This document shows positions 1-9,400 of a stretch of 39,951 nucleotides of DNA, piece after piece. The notes under the pieces were generated by a model that did not search any database, was not told the origin of the DNA, and saw only the letters and a list, made by a program, of their open reading frames with translations. The number at the start of each line of letters is the position of its first letter. The stretch's first letter is position 1. Origin of the DNA: Elusimicrobiota bacterium (GTDB taxonomy: Bacteria > Elusimicrobiota > Elusimicrobia > F11). The DNA is taken from positions 1 through 39,951 of the forward strand of contig JBJXGI010000009.1 of assembly GCA_046153645.1 (NCBI GenBank), written 5' to 3'. A program made the position numbers and the translations under genes.

Positions 1-16
1 GTAAAAAAGAACTTAT

Positions 17-295
17 ATGGGTCTAATAAAACAGTTTTTCATCAAATTATTTGGCATTCGCCCCACAGAAAAAACTGGTGAAAATATTTCTATTATCCCA
101 CCAAAAATAGACCCCCTACAAACAATAAAAGAAATTGAAAAAGAATATGATCTTTTTGATTGGAAAGCCGATAAAACTCAACCTTTTTTAGAAGAATTAA
201 AATTAATCAAACCCATGTCTAAATTTTTTGAAAAAGAAAAAGAAGAAATTATTCAAGAATTAAAAAGATTGGACACCCGTTCAAAAAGAACTTGA
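17..295 (+). CDS. hypothetical protein (92 aa)
   Basis: ATG with AAGAAC/GA-rich upstream sequence; same strand and AT-rich codon style as its neighbours; no recognisable motif. Confidence 0.6.
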   Translation: MGLIKQFFIKLFGIRPTEKTGENISIIPPKIDPLQTIKEIEKEYDLFDWKADKTQPFLEELKLIKPMSKFFEKEKEEIIQELKRLDTRSKRT

Positions 296-307
296 GGTTG
301 GAGTCAT

Positions 308-682
308 ATGAACCAAAGACGCGGCGCTGACCGCCGAAAAGATCTCCGTTATGAAATTGCCCTAGATATCGATATTCGATTTATTCCAGATGGGACACCC
401 ATTAAAGGTTCAGCGGTAGAAGTCGGCCCCAATGGAATGAGAGTGATAGCAAAACTCCCTTTGGTTGAGGCCAGTTATGTTCACATTTCATTTGCAGGCG
501 CCTCCAACAACACTCATTGTGAGGGGCGGGTTGTTTGGACTCAAAAAAATAAAAGTGGTAAAAACTTATACGAAAGTGGAATTGACGTGCAACGATGGGG
601 TGGAGACGTTCCTGGAGAACGGGCCCTCAGTGAATTTAATAACACACCTGCCAAAGAAGATCGACGGAAGCTTAAGAAGTAA
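308..682 (+). CDS. PilZ-domain protein (c-di-GMP receptor)
   Basis: N-terminal DRRKDLR (RxxxR) switch, E-V-G-P-N-G-M (variant of D/NxSxxG-hydrophobic), GRVVW strand; GGAG Shine-Dalgarno upstream. Confidence 0.8.
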   Translation: MNQRRGADRRKDLRYEIALDIDIRFIPDGTPIKGSAVEVGPNGMRVIAKLPLVEASYVHISFAGASNNTHCEGRVVWTQKNKSGKNLYESGIDVQRWGGDVPGERALSEFNNTPAKEDRRKLKK

Positions 683-791
683 TTTACCTTTCTTTGAATA
701 TTTCTTTACACTGAAAACTTAAACATTTTGATTTAATACACACCTCTCCTCCCATCTCGGAAACCCTTCCTTCCATATTCAGGAGTTTATT

Positions 792-1154
792 ATGAAGAAA
801 GTTGCGCTTATAGCCTTGTTTTTTACGGGGCTCATTTCACCCGCCATCGTTAAAGCTGTTGATGCAGTTCCATCAACAATGTTCCGTTTTTACGGAAAAA
901 TAACGGCCATAAATAATAATGATCATATCATCACTGTTCATAACAAAAAACAGAAACTAGACGCTAAGTTTAATTTAGATGATCAAACCAGTATTGTTTC
1001 TGCAAAAAAAATGGTGCCTCAATCTGAATTAAAAGTAGGGCAGTCATTGATTGTTTCTTATTTTGCGGAAAACAATCAAAATAAAGCCAAAAAAATTACT
1101 ATTCGTAAAATAACAGGATTCAAGAAAAACACGAGTACTGAAACAGAAAAATAA
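792..1154 (+). CDS. small exported beta-barrel/OB-fold-like protein
   Basis: AGGAG SD; Sec signal peptide (MKK + hydrophobic stretch + AVDA); GKITAI...LKVGQSLIVSY...AKKITI pattern typical of DUF5666-like OB folds. Confidence 0.65.
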   Translation: MKKVALIALFFTGLISPAIVKAVDAVPSTMFRFYGKITAINNNDHIITVHNKKQKLDAKFNLDDQTSIVSAKKMVPQSELKVGQSLIVSYFAENNQNKAKKITIRKITGFKKNTSTETEK

Positions 1155-1170
1155 ATAGAAATATCAGATT

Positions 1171-1225
1171 AAGTCGTCACCCCCGCTTGCCCGCCACGTT
1201 GTTTGGCGGGGGGTGACGACTTTTT
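1171..1225 (+). terminator. intrinsic terminator / nested GC-rich hairpin
   Basis: AAGTCGTCACCCCC (1171-1184) pairs with GGGGGTGACGACTT (1209-1222); inner CCCGCCA/TGGCGGG stem; followed by a T-run right after the 792-1154 stop. Confidence 0.8.
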
Positions 1226-1279
1226 ATATTCATATCCATACTCGAACTGTAGGATTAATTTGTACTATTTTTATGAAAT

Positions 1280-2224
1280 ATGAAAAAAATCCCTGTTTTA
1301 CTTGGTCCGACCGCTTCTGGAAAAACATCAATTGGCATTTTATTAGCCAAGGAACTGAATGCTGAGATCATTTCTGTCGATTCAAGAAAAGTTTATAAAG
1401 GCCTCAAAATTGGAACGGCCACTCCAGAGGGAATTTATAAGAACAACACTTATATTGTTGAAGGAATTCCGCATTATCTCATCGCGCACTTAAATCCAGA
1501 TGAAGCCTATAATGCCGGAAGCTTTGTACGAGATGCGACGGAATTGATTAAAGATATTCAATCTCGAGGAAAGCTTCCTCTGCTTGTGGGGGGAACAGGT
1601 TTCTATTTTAAAGCGCTCGAATCGGGGCTTCCCGATCTTCCTCAAGCTCAAATCAAAATGAGAATTGAAATTCAAAAACGAATTCAATCGGAAGGGACAA
1701 CGGAGTTATACAACGAATTTAAAGCCAAAGACCCAGAAGCGGCAGAACAAATACATCCCAACGACCGCCACAAAATTATTAGAGGCTTAGAAATAATTCA
1801 TTTTACGGGAGAAAAATACTCTTCTTATAAGAACCAAAAAAAGAAATCCCCGTTTGATTTTATCACCATGGCCCTTACTTGGCCCAAAGATCTTTTAGAT
1901 CAAAGAATTAAAGAAAGAAGTGCTCAAATGGAAAGAGAGGGCATGCTTGAAGAGACAGAAAAAATTTTGTCGAACGGATTTCCTTATGATTGTCCTGCTT
2001 TGGTTAGTTTTGGTTATAAAGAAGCGGTTCAAGTTATTCGAGGGGAAATTCCCCGCAGTGAATTTCTTCCCTTATTAATAAGAGGAACCATTGCTTACTC
2101 TAAAAGACAAAAAACATGGCTTAAAACCCAAACGCAAGCAAAATATTTTGAATGCGACCTCTCCTCGAAAAAGCGGGAAATCTCATTGAAAATGAGGGAT
2201 TTTCTGGAAACGCAATCTATCTGA
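1280..2224 (+). CDS. miaA: tRNA dimethylallyltransferase
   Basis: GPTASGKT P-loop, IISVDSRKVYKGLKIGTA, VGGTGFY, IHPNDRHKIIRGLE, YSKRQKTW motifs. Confidence 0.97.
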   Translation: MKKIPVLLGPTASGKTSIGILLAKELNAEIISVDSRKVYKGLKIGTATPEGIYKNNTYIVEGIPHYLIAHLNPDEAYNAGSFVRDATELIKDIQSRGKLPLLVGGTGFYFKALESGLPDLPQAQIKMRIEIQKRIQSEGTTELYNEFKAKDPEAAEQIHPNDRHKIIRGLEIIHFTGEKYSSYKNQKKKSPFDFITMALTWPKDLLDQRIKERSAQMEREGMLEETEKILSNGFPYDCPALVSFGYKEAVQVIRGEIPRSEFLPLLIRGTIAYSKRQKTWLKTQTQAKYFECDLSSKKREISLKMRDFLETQSI

Positions 2225-2311
2225 AGTGTTATAATCTTTTTAATTTTAAGGTCTTAATAATCCAATGAAAGGTGGTTCTCACGTATCCAACACGCATTAG
2301 AACAAGTAGCG

Positions 2312-3538
2312 ATGGTAGGCTTAAAATTGGGCAAACAAACCCAAGATGATTTTGATTCATTAATGGATGAGTTAGAGCGACTCATCGAAACAGCCGGTGG
2401 GAAAGTGGTTCATCGTTTTTTTCAAAACAAAGATAAAAAAGATCCTGCCACTTTATTGGGAAAAGGGAAAATAAGCGAAATTGGCGCGCAAATAAAAGAT
2501 CTAAAAATTAAAACATTAATATTCGATGACGATTTATCTGCTGGGCAACAAAAAAATATTGAGAAAATAACTCATGCCAAAGTTATCGACAGAACCCGTT
2601 TAATTCTTGATATTTTCGCTCAAAGAGCCAGAACCAAAGAAGGGCAATTACAAGTTGAGCTAGCGCAGTTAAATTATTTGGTTCCACGATTAACCGGCGC
2701 TTGGAGAGGATTTTCTCAGCAAGGAGGGGGAATCGGTTTAAGGGGCCCCGGAGAAAGAAAAATTGAAGTTGAAAGACGCTACGTACGAGATCGAATCAAG
2801 CGATTAAAAAAAGAAATTTCAGAAATAAATGATCATCGCGAGAGAGCCCGAGAAGGCAGAGAAAGAGTGCCACTTCCGCAAGTGGCGTTGGTGGGGTATA
2901 CCAATGTGGGCAAATCTACTTTATTGAACAATTTGACAGGAGATCTTGAAGCGGTTTACGCAGATGACAAGTTATTTGCAACGCTCGATCCCACGACAAG
3001 AAGAGTTAAATTACCCAGCGGCCGCCCCATTTTATTTACTGACACAGTGGGGTTTATTCAGAAATTGCCGCATGATTTGGTGGCAGCTTTTAGAGCGACG
3101 TTAGAAGAAGTTTCCAAAGCCTCCTTAATGGTTCATGTAACAGATGCGTTAGCGGTTGATAAATTGCATCAAGAAAAAACAGTTATGGAAGTAATAAAAG
3201 AACTAAAGGCAGAAAAAATTCCTCTCATTAAGGTTTATAATAAAGCCGATGGGCTAACTAAACAGCAAATGGAAGCGATAAATCAATCAGGGGCTATCGC
3301 GATTTCAGCAAAAACAGGGCTTGGGGTTCAAAGTTTACTTGAGCGCGTTGAAGAAATTTTAGATGAATCTCTCATTGAGGTGGCATTTCATTTGCCTTTT
3401 AACAAAAGAGGCGTTCTCGGAGATATTTATCGAATGGGGCATGTTTTAACTGAAACACCCCACAAAACAGGAACAAAACTACGCTTGAGAATTGACAAAG
3501 GAAATTGGGAGAGAATCTCAAAAGAAATAAACAACTGA
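2312..3538 (+). CDS. hflX: ribosome-splitting GTPase HflX (true start may be about 9 codons upstream)
   Basis: DRTRLILDIFAQRA, QVELAQL, RGPGE, GYTNVGKS, LFATLDPT, DTVGFI, NKAD motifs. Confidence 0.97.
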   Translation: MVGLKLGKQTQDDFDSLMDELERLIETAGGKVVHRFFQNKDKKDPATLLGKGKISEIGAQIKDLKIKTLIFDDDLSAGQQKNIEKITHAKVIDRTRLILDIFAQRARTKEGQLQVELAQLNYLVPRLTGAWRGFSQQGGGIGLRGPGERKIEVERRYVRDRIKRLKKEISEINDHRERAREGRERVPLPQVALVGYTNVGKSTLLNNLTGDLEAVYADDKLFATLDPTTRRVKLPSGRPILFTDTVGFIQKLPHDLVAAFRATLEEVSKASLMVHVTDALAVDKLHQEKTVMEVIKELKAEKIPLIKVYNKADGLTKQQMEAINQSGAIAISAKTGLGVQSLLERVEEILDESLIEVAFHLPFNKRGVLGDIYRMGHVLTETPHKTGTKLRLRIDKGNWERISKEINN

Positions 3539-3539
3539 C

Positions 3540-4091
3540 ATGGAAACAGCCCTCATAAAAAAAACGCGTGTTATGACTCTGGCCAATAAAATAACGATAC
3601 TCAGAATTTTATTGATTCCGTTTATTGTTATTGGCTTATTGAAGGGGCATCCAATTCGAATATTGCCCCTCATTGGTTTTTCAATGTTAACTGATTTTAT
3701 TGATGGTGTTGTGGCTCGAAAAAGAGGAGAGCGAACCAAATTAGGCGCCTTTTTAGACCCTATGGCGGATAAATTGTTTTTGTCTGCTCTTTTTATTACC
3801 TTGGTTTTTCTAGGGAAAATGGAGGTCTGGGTTTTTGTTATGGCTTTTTCTCGAGATCTTTTGATTGTTTTGGGATGGCTGATTATTTTTATTTTAACTG
3901 GTTCATCTGAAATCGAGCCGCGAATTTTGGGCAAAATTGCCACGGCCGTTCAAATGACGTCGGCTATTTTATTTTTATTTGATATCACTGATCCTGCCAG
4001 GTCTGTTTTATTATGGAGTATGGTTATTACAACGGCCGCATCGACGATTGATTACTTATTTATAGCGGAAAAAAAACTCGGAGGATTTTAA
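3540..4091 (+). CDS. pgsA: CDP-alcohol phosphatidyltransferase (PgsA-like; alternative start 3573, MTLANKIT)
   Basis: ANKITILRI, TDFIDGVVAR...GAFLDPMADK signature; multiple TM helices; sits in an operon with plsY and gpsA. Confidence 0.85.
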   Translation: METALIKKTRVMTLANKITILRILLIPFIVIGLLKGHPIRILPLIGFSMLTDFIDGVVARKRGERTKLGAFLDPMADKLFLSALFITLVFLGKMEVWVFVMAFSRDLLIVLGWLIIFILTGSSEIEPRILGKIATAVQMTSAILFLFDITDPARSVLLWSMVITTAASTIDYLFIAEKKLGGF

Positions 4092-4092
4092 G

Positions 4093-4680
4093 TTGAAGTC
4101 TATTTTTGTTTTGATGTTAAGTTATTTCATTGGTGCCATTCCATTTGGGCTCATTATTTCTCAGAAATTCTATGGCGTTGATATTAGGCAACAAGGTTCT
4201 GGTAACCCCGGCGCGACGAATGTTTGGAGAGTTCTCGGGAAAAAACCTGGAATCATAACGCTCTTATTAGACTTTTCAAAAGGACTCATTCCCATTCTTA
4301 TCGCTAATGCCCTCTTACCTCGAGAATATGGCACAACGGCTCTGGCCGGTTTATTGGCTATTGTTGGGCATAATTGGAGTGTGTTTCTCAAAGGCTCAGG
4401 TGGAAAAGGGGTTGCCACCTCAGCTGGAGTATTTGTGGGGCTCATGCCGATTCAAACAATGATCGCAATTGTAGCCTTTGGTGTGGTTTTTTTCTTCTAT
4501 AAATGGGTTTCATTGGGGTCGATGGCCGCCGCGGTTTTTTTAGTGCTCTCTTCTCTTATTACCAATAGCCCTGTTCTTTATAAATTTTTGACTCTTGTTG
4601 CGGCTTTTATGGTGTTTTGGAAACATCGATCCAATATTAAAAGACTCTTGAAGGGTGAAGAGCCCAAGGTAAATTTCTAA
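4093..4680 (+). CDS. plsY: glycerol-3-phosphate acyltransferase PlsY (TTG start)
   Basis: GSGNPGATNVWR, DFSKG, GHNWSVFL, GGKGVATSAG, KHRSNIKRLLKGEE motifs; GGAGGA SD. Confidence 0.96.
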   Translation: MKSIFVLMLSYFIGAIPFGLIISQKFYGVDIRQQGSGNPGATNVWRVLGKKPGIITLLLDFSKGLIPILIANALLPREYGTTALAGLLAIVGHNWSVFLKGSGGKGVATSAGVFVGLMPIQTMIAIVAFGVVFFFYKWVSLGSMAAAVFLVLSSLITNSPVLYKFLTLVAAFMVFWKHRSNIKRLLKGEEPKVNF

Positions 4681-5699
4681 TGAAAAAAGAAAAAATCGCA
4701 GTACTAGGCGGAGGAAGTTGGGGGGCCACTTTGGCCGCGCATCTAGGGAATCTAGGTCATGATGTTATGATTTGGGAATTTGTTAAAGAAGTGGCTGATT
4801 ACCTAGAAAAAAATAGGCATCTTAAAACATTGCCGCATCTTAAGCTGCCCAGCTCCATTAAAGTTTCAAATGATCTTTCCTTTGTCTTAAAAGACCGACC
4901 TATCATTTTATGCGTGGTGCCATCACCTGCAGTGAGAAGCACATTTGAAGCTTGCCAAAAAACAGGCATGGTAAATCCAGGAACAATTATTATAAATGCA
5001 TCAAAAGGTATTGAAAACCAAACATTTTTAACAATGACGCAAGTGGTTTCTTCTGTCTTAAAAAATGCAGGGGATTTGGTTGCTTTCTCTGGTCCAAGTC
5101 ATGCCGAAGAAATTGCTCTTGGAAAACCTGCCGTTTTAGTGGCCGCATCAAAATCTAATGAAGCCGCTGAACGAACCAAAAACATGTTTTTATCAGAAAA
5201 TTTTAGAGTCTATACCAGTCAAGACCCACTTGGCGTTCAACTGGGGGGAGCTATAAAAAATGTATTTGCTGTGGCCTGTGGTGTCATTGACGGTTTAAAA
5301 CTGGGAGATAACACCAAAGCGGCACTCATGACACGGGGTCTCATCGAAATGGCTCGAATTGGCAAAAGCTTTGGCGCCGAAACTTTGACTTTTTTTGGAT
5401 TATCAGGGTTAGGGGACTTAATTGTAACCTGCGCTTCCCAACATTCTAGAAACCGACTTCTCGGAGATAAAATTGGCTCAGGCAAATCAGTTGAAACGGC
5501 TTTATCTGAAATGACTATGGTGGCCGAGGGCTACTACACCGCTAAGTCAGCCTTTATGTTGGCCAAAAAAAATAATATTGATGCTCCCATTATCGAAGAA
5601 ACCTATAAAATACTTTATGAAAAAACCTCACCACAAGACTCTATGAAAAGACTCATGAGTCGCCAAGTGGGAGCGGAAATGGAGGGACTGGTGTTATGA
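4680..5699 (+). CDS. gpsA: NAD(P)H-dependent glycerol-3-phosphate dehydrogenase
   Basis: GGGSWG Rossmann motif, SKGIE, SGPSHAEE, KNVFAVACG, GLGDLIVTC, SRNR, VAEG; TAATG overlap with plsY. Confidence 0.97.
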   Translation: MKKEKIAVLGGGSWGATLAAHLGNLGHDVMIWEFVKEVADYLEKNRHLKTLPHLKLPSSIKVSNDLSFVLKDRPIILCVVPSPAVRSTFEACQKTGMVNPGTIIINASKGIENQTFLTMTQVVSSVLKNAGDLVAFSGPSHAEEIALGKPAVLVAASKSNEAAERTKNMFLSENFRVYTSQDPLGVQLGGAIKNVFAVACGVIDGLKLGDNTKAALMTRGLIEMARIGKSFGAETLTFFGLSGLGDLIVTCASQHSRNRLLGDKIGSGKSVETALSEMTMVAEGYYTAKSAFMLAKKNNIDAPIIEETYKILYEKTSPQDSMKRLMSRQVGAEMEGLVL

Positions 5700-5953
5700 A
5701 TAAAGCTGACATGGTAGAAGGCGTATCAAAGTTAACGGGTTCTCGTGTGGAATCACAGCGTATCGTGGATTATTTGTTTCAAACGATGCGCGAATCCTTG
5801 AGAAAAGGGGATAAAGTGGTTGTTCAGGGGTTTGGTAGTTTTCACATTGTTATCCGCAAAGCCAAAAAAGGGCGAAATATTAAGACCGGCCAAGAAGTGT
5901 TAATTCCTGAAAGGCAGGCCATTAAGTTTCGTAAGGCAAAAGATTTTCTCTGA
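5696..5953 (+). CDS. HU/IHF-family nucleoid protein (IHF-alpha-like by context)
   Basis: MNKADMV, GDKVVVQGFGSF, GRNIKTGQEV; ATGA overlap with gpsA; directly upstream of a MerR gene, as ihfA is in many bacteria. Confidence 0.9.
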   Translation: MNKADMVEGVSKLTGSRVESQRIVDYLFQTMRESLRKGDKVVVQGFGSFHIVIRKAKKGRNIKTGQEVLIPERQAIKFRKAKDFL

Positions 5954-6008
5954 GATATTCAATTAAAACTTTTCAAAATCATGTATTTATAGCTAGAATA
6001 AGCGGTAT

Positions 6009-6383
6009 ATGAATATCCCTGAAAAGTATTTTTATACCATTGGCGACGTGTGTGACATCACAGGTGTTAAATCCCATATTTTGAGATATTGGGAATCTGA
6101 GTTTAAACTTCTTCGCCCCGCAAGACGATATTCAGGACATAGAAAATACACCAAAAAAGATATCGAGCTTATTCAGAAAATTAGAATTCTCATTGTTGAC
6201 CGTAAATTCACGCTGGCTGGTGCTAAGCGAGAAATTCAAAAACAATTCTCATCTGTTACTTCATCAAAACCTTTACAACAAGCCAATATAAACGAAGCCA
6301 TTCCTGTTTTAAGAGATATTAAAAAAGATGTGGATGCCTGCCTCCAACTACTCTCCGAAGATCTACAAGCAAAACTGTTTTAA
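6009..6383 (+). CDS. MerR-family HTH regulator (ihfA-associated type)
   Basis: IPEKYFYTIGDVCDITGVKSHILRYWESEF...GHRKY...FTLAGAK, typical of the ihfA-linked MerR subfamily. Confidence 0.92.
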   Translation: MNIPEKYFYTIGDVCDITGVKSHILRYWESEFKLLRPARRYSGHRKYTKKDIELIQKIRILIVDRKFTLAGAKREIQKQFSSVTSSKPLQQANINEAIPVLRDIKKDVDACLQLLSEDLQAKLF

Positions 6384-6466
6384 ACTTTAGTTTCGGTTCT
6401 GTTTCAAGTCGTTTACAACTTTTCCTTAAAAAATAACTCTCAGTTCACGTAATTTTAAAATTGTAT

Positions 6467-6475
6467 TGATAGAAT
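6467..6475 (+). promoter_or_regulatory. extended -10 box (TGaTAGAAT) 7 nt before the ATG of giant gene 1; probable leaderless promoter
   Basis: TG at 6467-6468, TAGAAT at 6470-6475, ATG at 6483, no SD. Confidence 0.55.
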
Positions 6476-6482
6476 TTTTTAT

Positions 6483-9400
6483 ATGAAAAGTTGTATCTTT
6501 TTTCGCTTTTTATCGGTTTGGTTATCAGCGATTTATTTTGCTACAAATTGTGCGTTTGCACATAAGCCGGAAACCAATATCTGGGACGAACGTCGTCAGG
6601 TGCAACTGGCGCAAGCCCCGATTGGTTCTTTAAAAAATTCTCCTCACGTTTTTAATCAGCTTCCACCCATTGGCACTTCACTTTCGAAAAAAATAACTGC
6701 TTTGGTCCCCCAAAAAATGAACCAGAGTTTACACCCTATTTTTCAGTCGCTTTCTTCCACCTATGGTTCTGTTCGGAAAATATCGGTTCCTCATAATGCA
6801 AAACCAGGAAAAATTCTTATTCATATTCAAGACGTTCACATGAATAAAGAAGCGCAAGTCAATATTGCCCAAGGAATTCAAGAATTAATAAACAAAGGCC
6901 AAGTGGATTTAATCGCTCTTGAAGGCGCATTTAACAACATTGATCTCTCCGCTTTCAGATCTTTCCCAGATAAAGAGATTGTTCGAAACGTGGCAGATTA
7001 TCTTCTTCGGTCGAACCAAATTTCAGGCCCCATTTACATGGTTTTGACGAGTGATAAAAATATTCCATCTATTATTGGGATTGACGATGAAAATCATTAC
7101 AACGCTAACGTTGCCGCTTATGTTGCTTCGAAACCGATGTTAACGTCTGTTAAAGAACGATTATCAAACTCACGCAATAAATTAACCGAAGAAAAATATA
7201 AAAATTTCAATGCTGACTTGTCACAGTTCGACAATGAAGTCGACGCCTATCGTCAAGGAACAATTTCGATGGGGGGTTACCTTGGTATCTTGAAAAATCA
7301 AATGACACCATTGTCTGTAGAGCTAACTCAGTTTCTTGACGCTTTTACCTTGGAATCTTCACTTGATTTAAAACGTGTTGAACGTGAACGCGCCTCTCTT
7401 TTAAACATTCTTCTGGTTCGTCTTAAGAAAAATGAAACCGCCGATCTTGTTAATGCCAGTTTGGCTTTTCGAACAGGTCATTTATCTCAAGGAAACTTTT
7501 ATAGCTATCTTCAAGAGCTTTGCGCAAATAAAGGTGTTTCTCTTGCTTCATTTCCCGCTTTGCGTGCTTACCTTCGTTATGTTTTATTGTCTGAAAATAT
7601 CGATGTTGAACATCTTTTTTCTAAGGTTAATAAAGCTGAGGTAGCAGCTTACGCTAGACTTACAAAAACACAGGAAGAAAAAGCGCTCGTTTTAGAATCC
7701 CAAAAACTTTACCTTACAGAAAAGCTGGTTGATTTTTCACTCACGAAAGATGAATGGAATGACTACAAGAAAAAATGTGCAGGGACATTAGATCTAACGT
7801 CATTTGAAAAATTTTATATTGAAGCCGAGGCGCGCGACCAAGCTATGGCTCAAAACCTCATTCGTGAAATGGGCAGGTTAAAGGCCCAGGTTTCTATTCT
7901 GGTAACAGGAGGCTTTCACTCAACTGGCATCACTCACCTTACAGAACAAGCCGGAATTACCACCATAGAGTTTGTACCTAAAATTACAAAAGTAGACACT
8001 GCCAAAGGCTCTTCTTACTTGAGTGTTTTCATGCAAGAAAAAACACCACTTGAAAAACTATTTGAAGGAAAGAAATTGTTCTTATCACAAAAAGTATGGA
8101 CAGGCCCCACACGTTATTTGGCCGGGGTCCTGGTTATGCTTCGTACTTTTTGGCTGCGTTTGGGAGACTTAAAAGGTCAATCCGAAATGAAAGAGCAGTT
8201 GGCGGTATTAACCGGCCAACCTGTCGACAATTGTTCTTTCTCAATTCAAGATGGGGATGCCAAGATGGACAACCAGACTGTTCAAATTACAGTTCGTCAA
8301 AATAAAAATGAAATTATTTCAGTTAGTCAAAAACCATCTTTCTTTTGGGTACCCTTCAGAGAATTTCAAGATACTTTTGCTATCGCACTTAAAAAAATAG
8401 ACCCTCTTAAATTTGTCATGAACCATCCACAATCGCAAGATATCAATGTGACATTAAAGCGTCTGTTGGGTTTAAAAGTGATGGGTACCTTGACTTGGAT
8501 GGGACTGGCCATTTCGCCCATCATTGTTGGTATGGCAGTGCTGTTGGGTGCCGGCTCGTGGGCCATGATTTTCTTTATTCTTTTTCGAATTAAAAATATT
8601 GATATGCGCATTGCCCATGTGATTTCCCATTGGATCCAAATGGCTCTTTTCCCGGAAGCGCGGTTGAGTGAAGGAAACAATAAAGAAATAAAAGCTGTGG
8701 TACGAGTACAAAAAACGAAGGAACTTATCTGGGATCCCGAACTGATAAAGAAAAGTTTCGAAAAACAATGGGAGCATTTTCCACCTGAAGATATGAGAGT
8801 TTCAAAGATGGAACCTGGTTACGCCGCGGTCGCAAGAGACCTTATCACTCAATTATCTCAAGAAGAAGTTTTTGATCTAACCGAAAAAAAATTCGCTGTT
8901 ATTGGTTTGTCGCTTGCAGAAATGATTGATAATTCTTTTCAGGCCAATGGAAATTCTTATGTTGGTGTTCGTGTGATTGGTATTCATGAGGAAGGGCACT
9001 TCCGTATTTATGTTCAGAACCCACAAGTAATCGACCTGAAAATTCTTTTAAATTCAGATCGATTGAACGAACTGTTGGCATTCTTAAAAATAGCCCACAC
9101 AGCGGTAACAACAAAAAATAAAAACTTTGTGGAAAACGAAAAAAATTTTCAATTTAAAGAGAGCGTTCTAACATGGTTGGACGAAGGTGCCATTCAAAAC
9201 TCAATTAAGCTTATTTCTGAAATACTAGAAAATAAACAATTGTCTGCTGAAGAAGAACTTAGCTTGGCCTTTGACTTCATAACGGGATATATGACGACCG
9301 GTCATGTGAATAAATTAAAAAATTATTACATAGCTGATCGCCCTATAGAAAGTGGCACTACAATGGGCATCGGCATGTGGTACGCACGGGAACGATTGGG

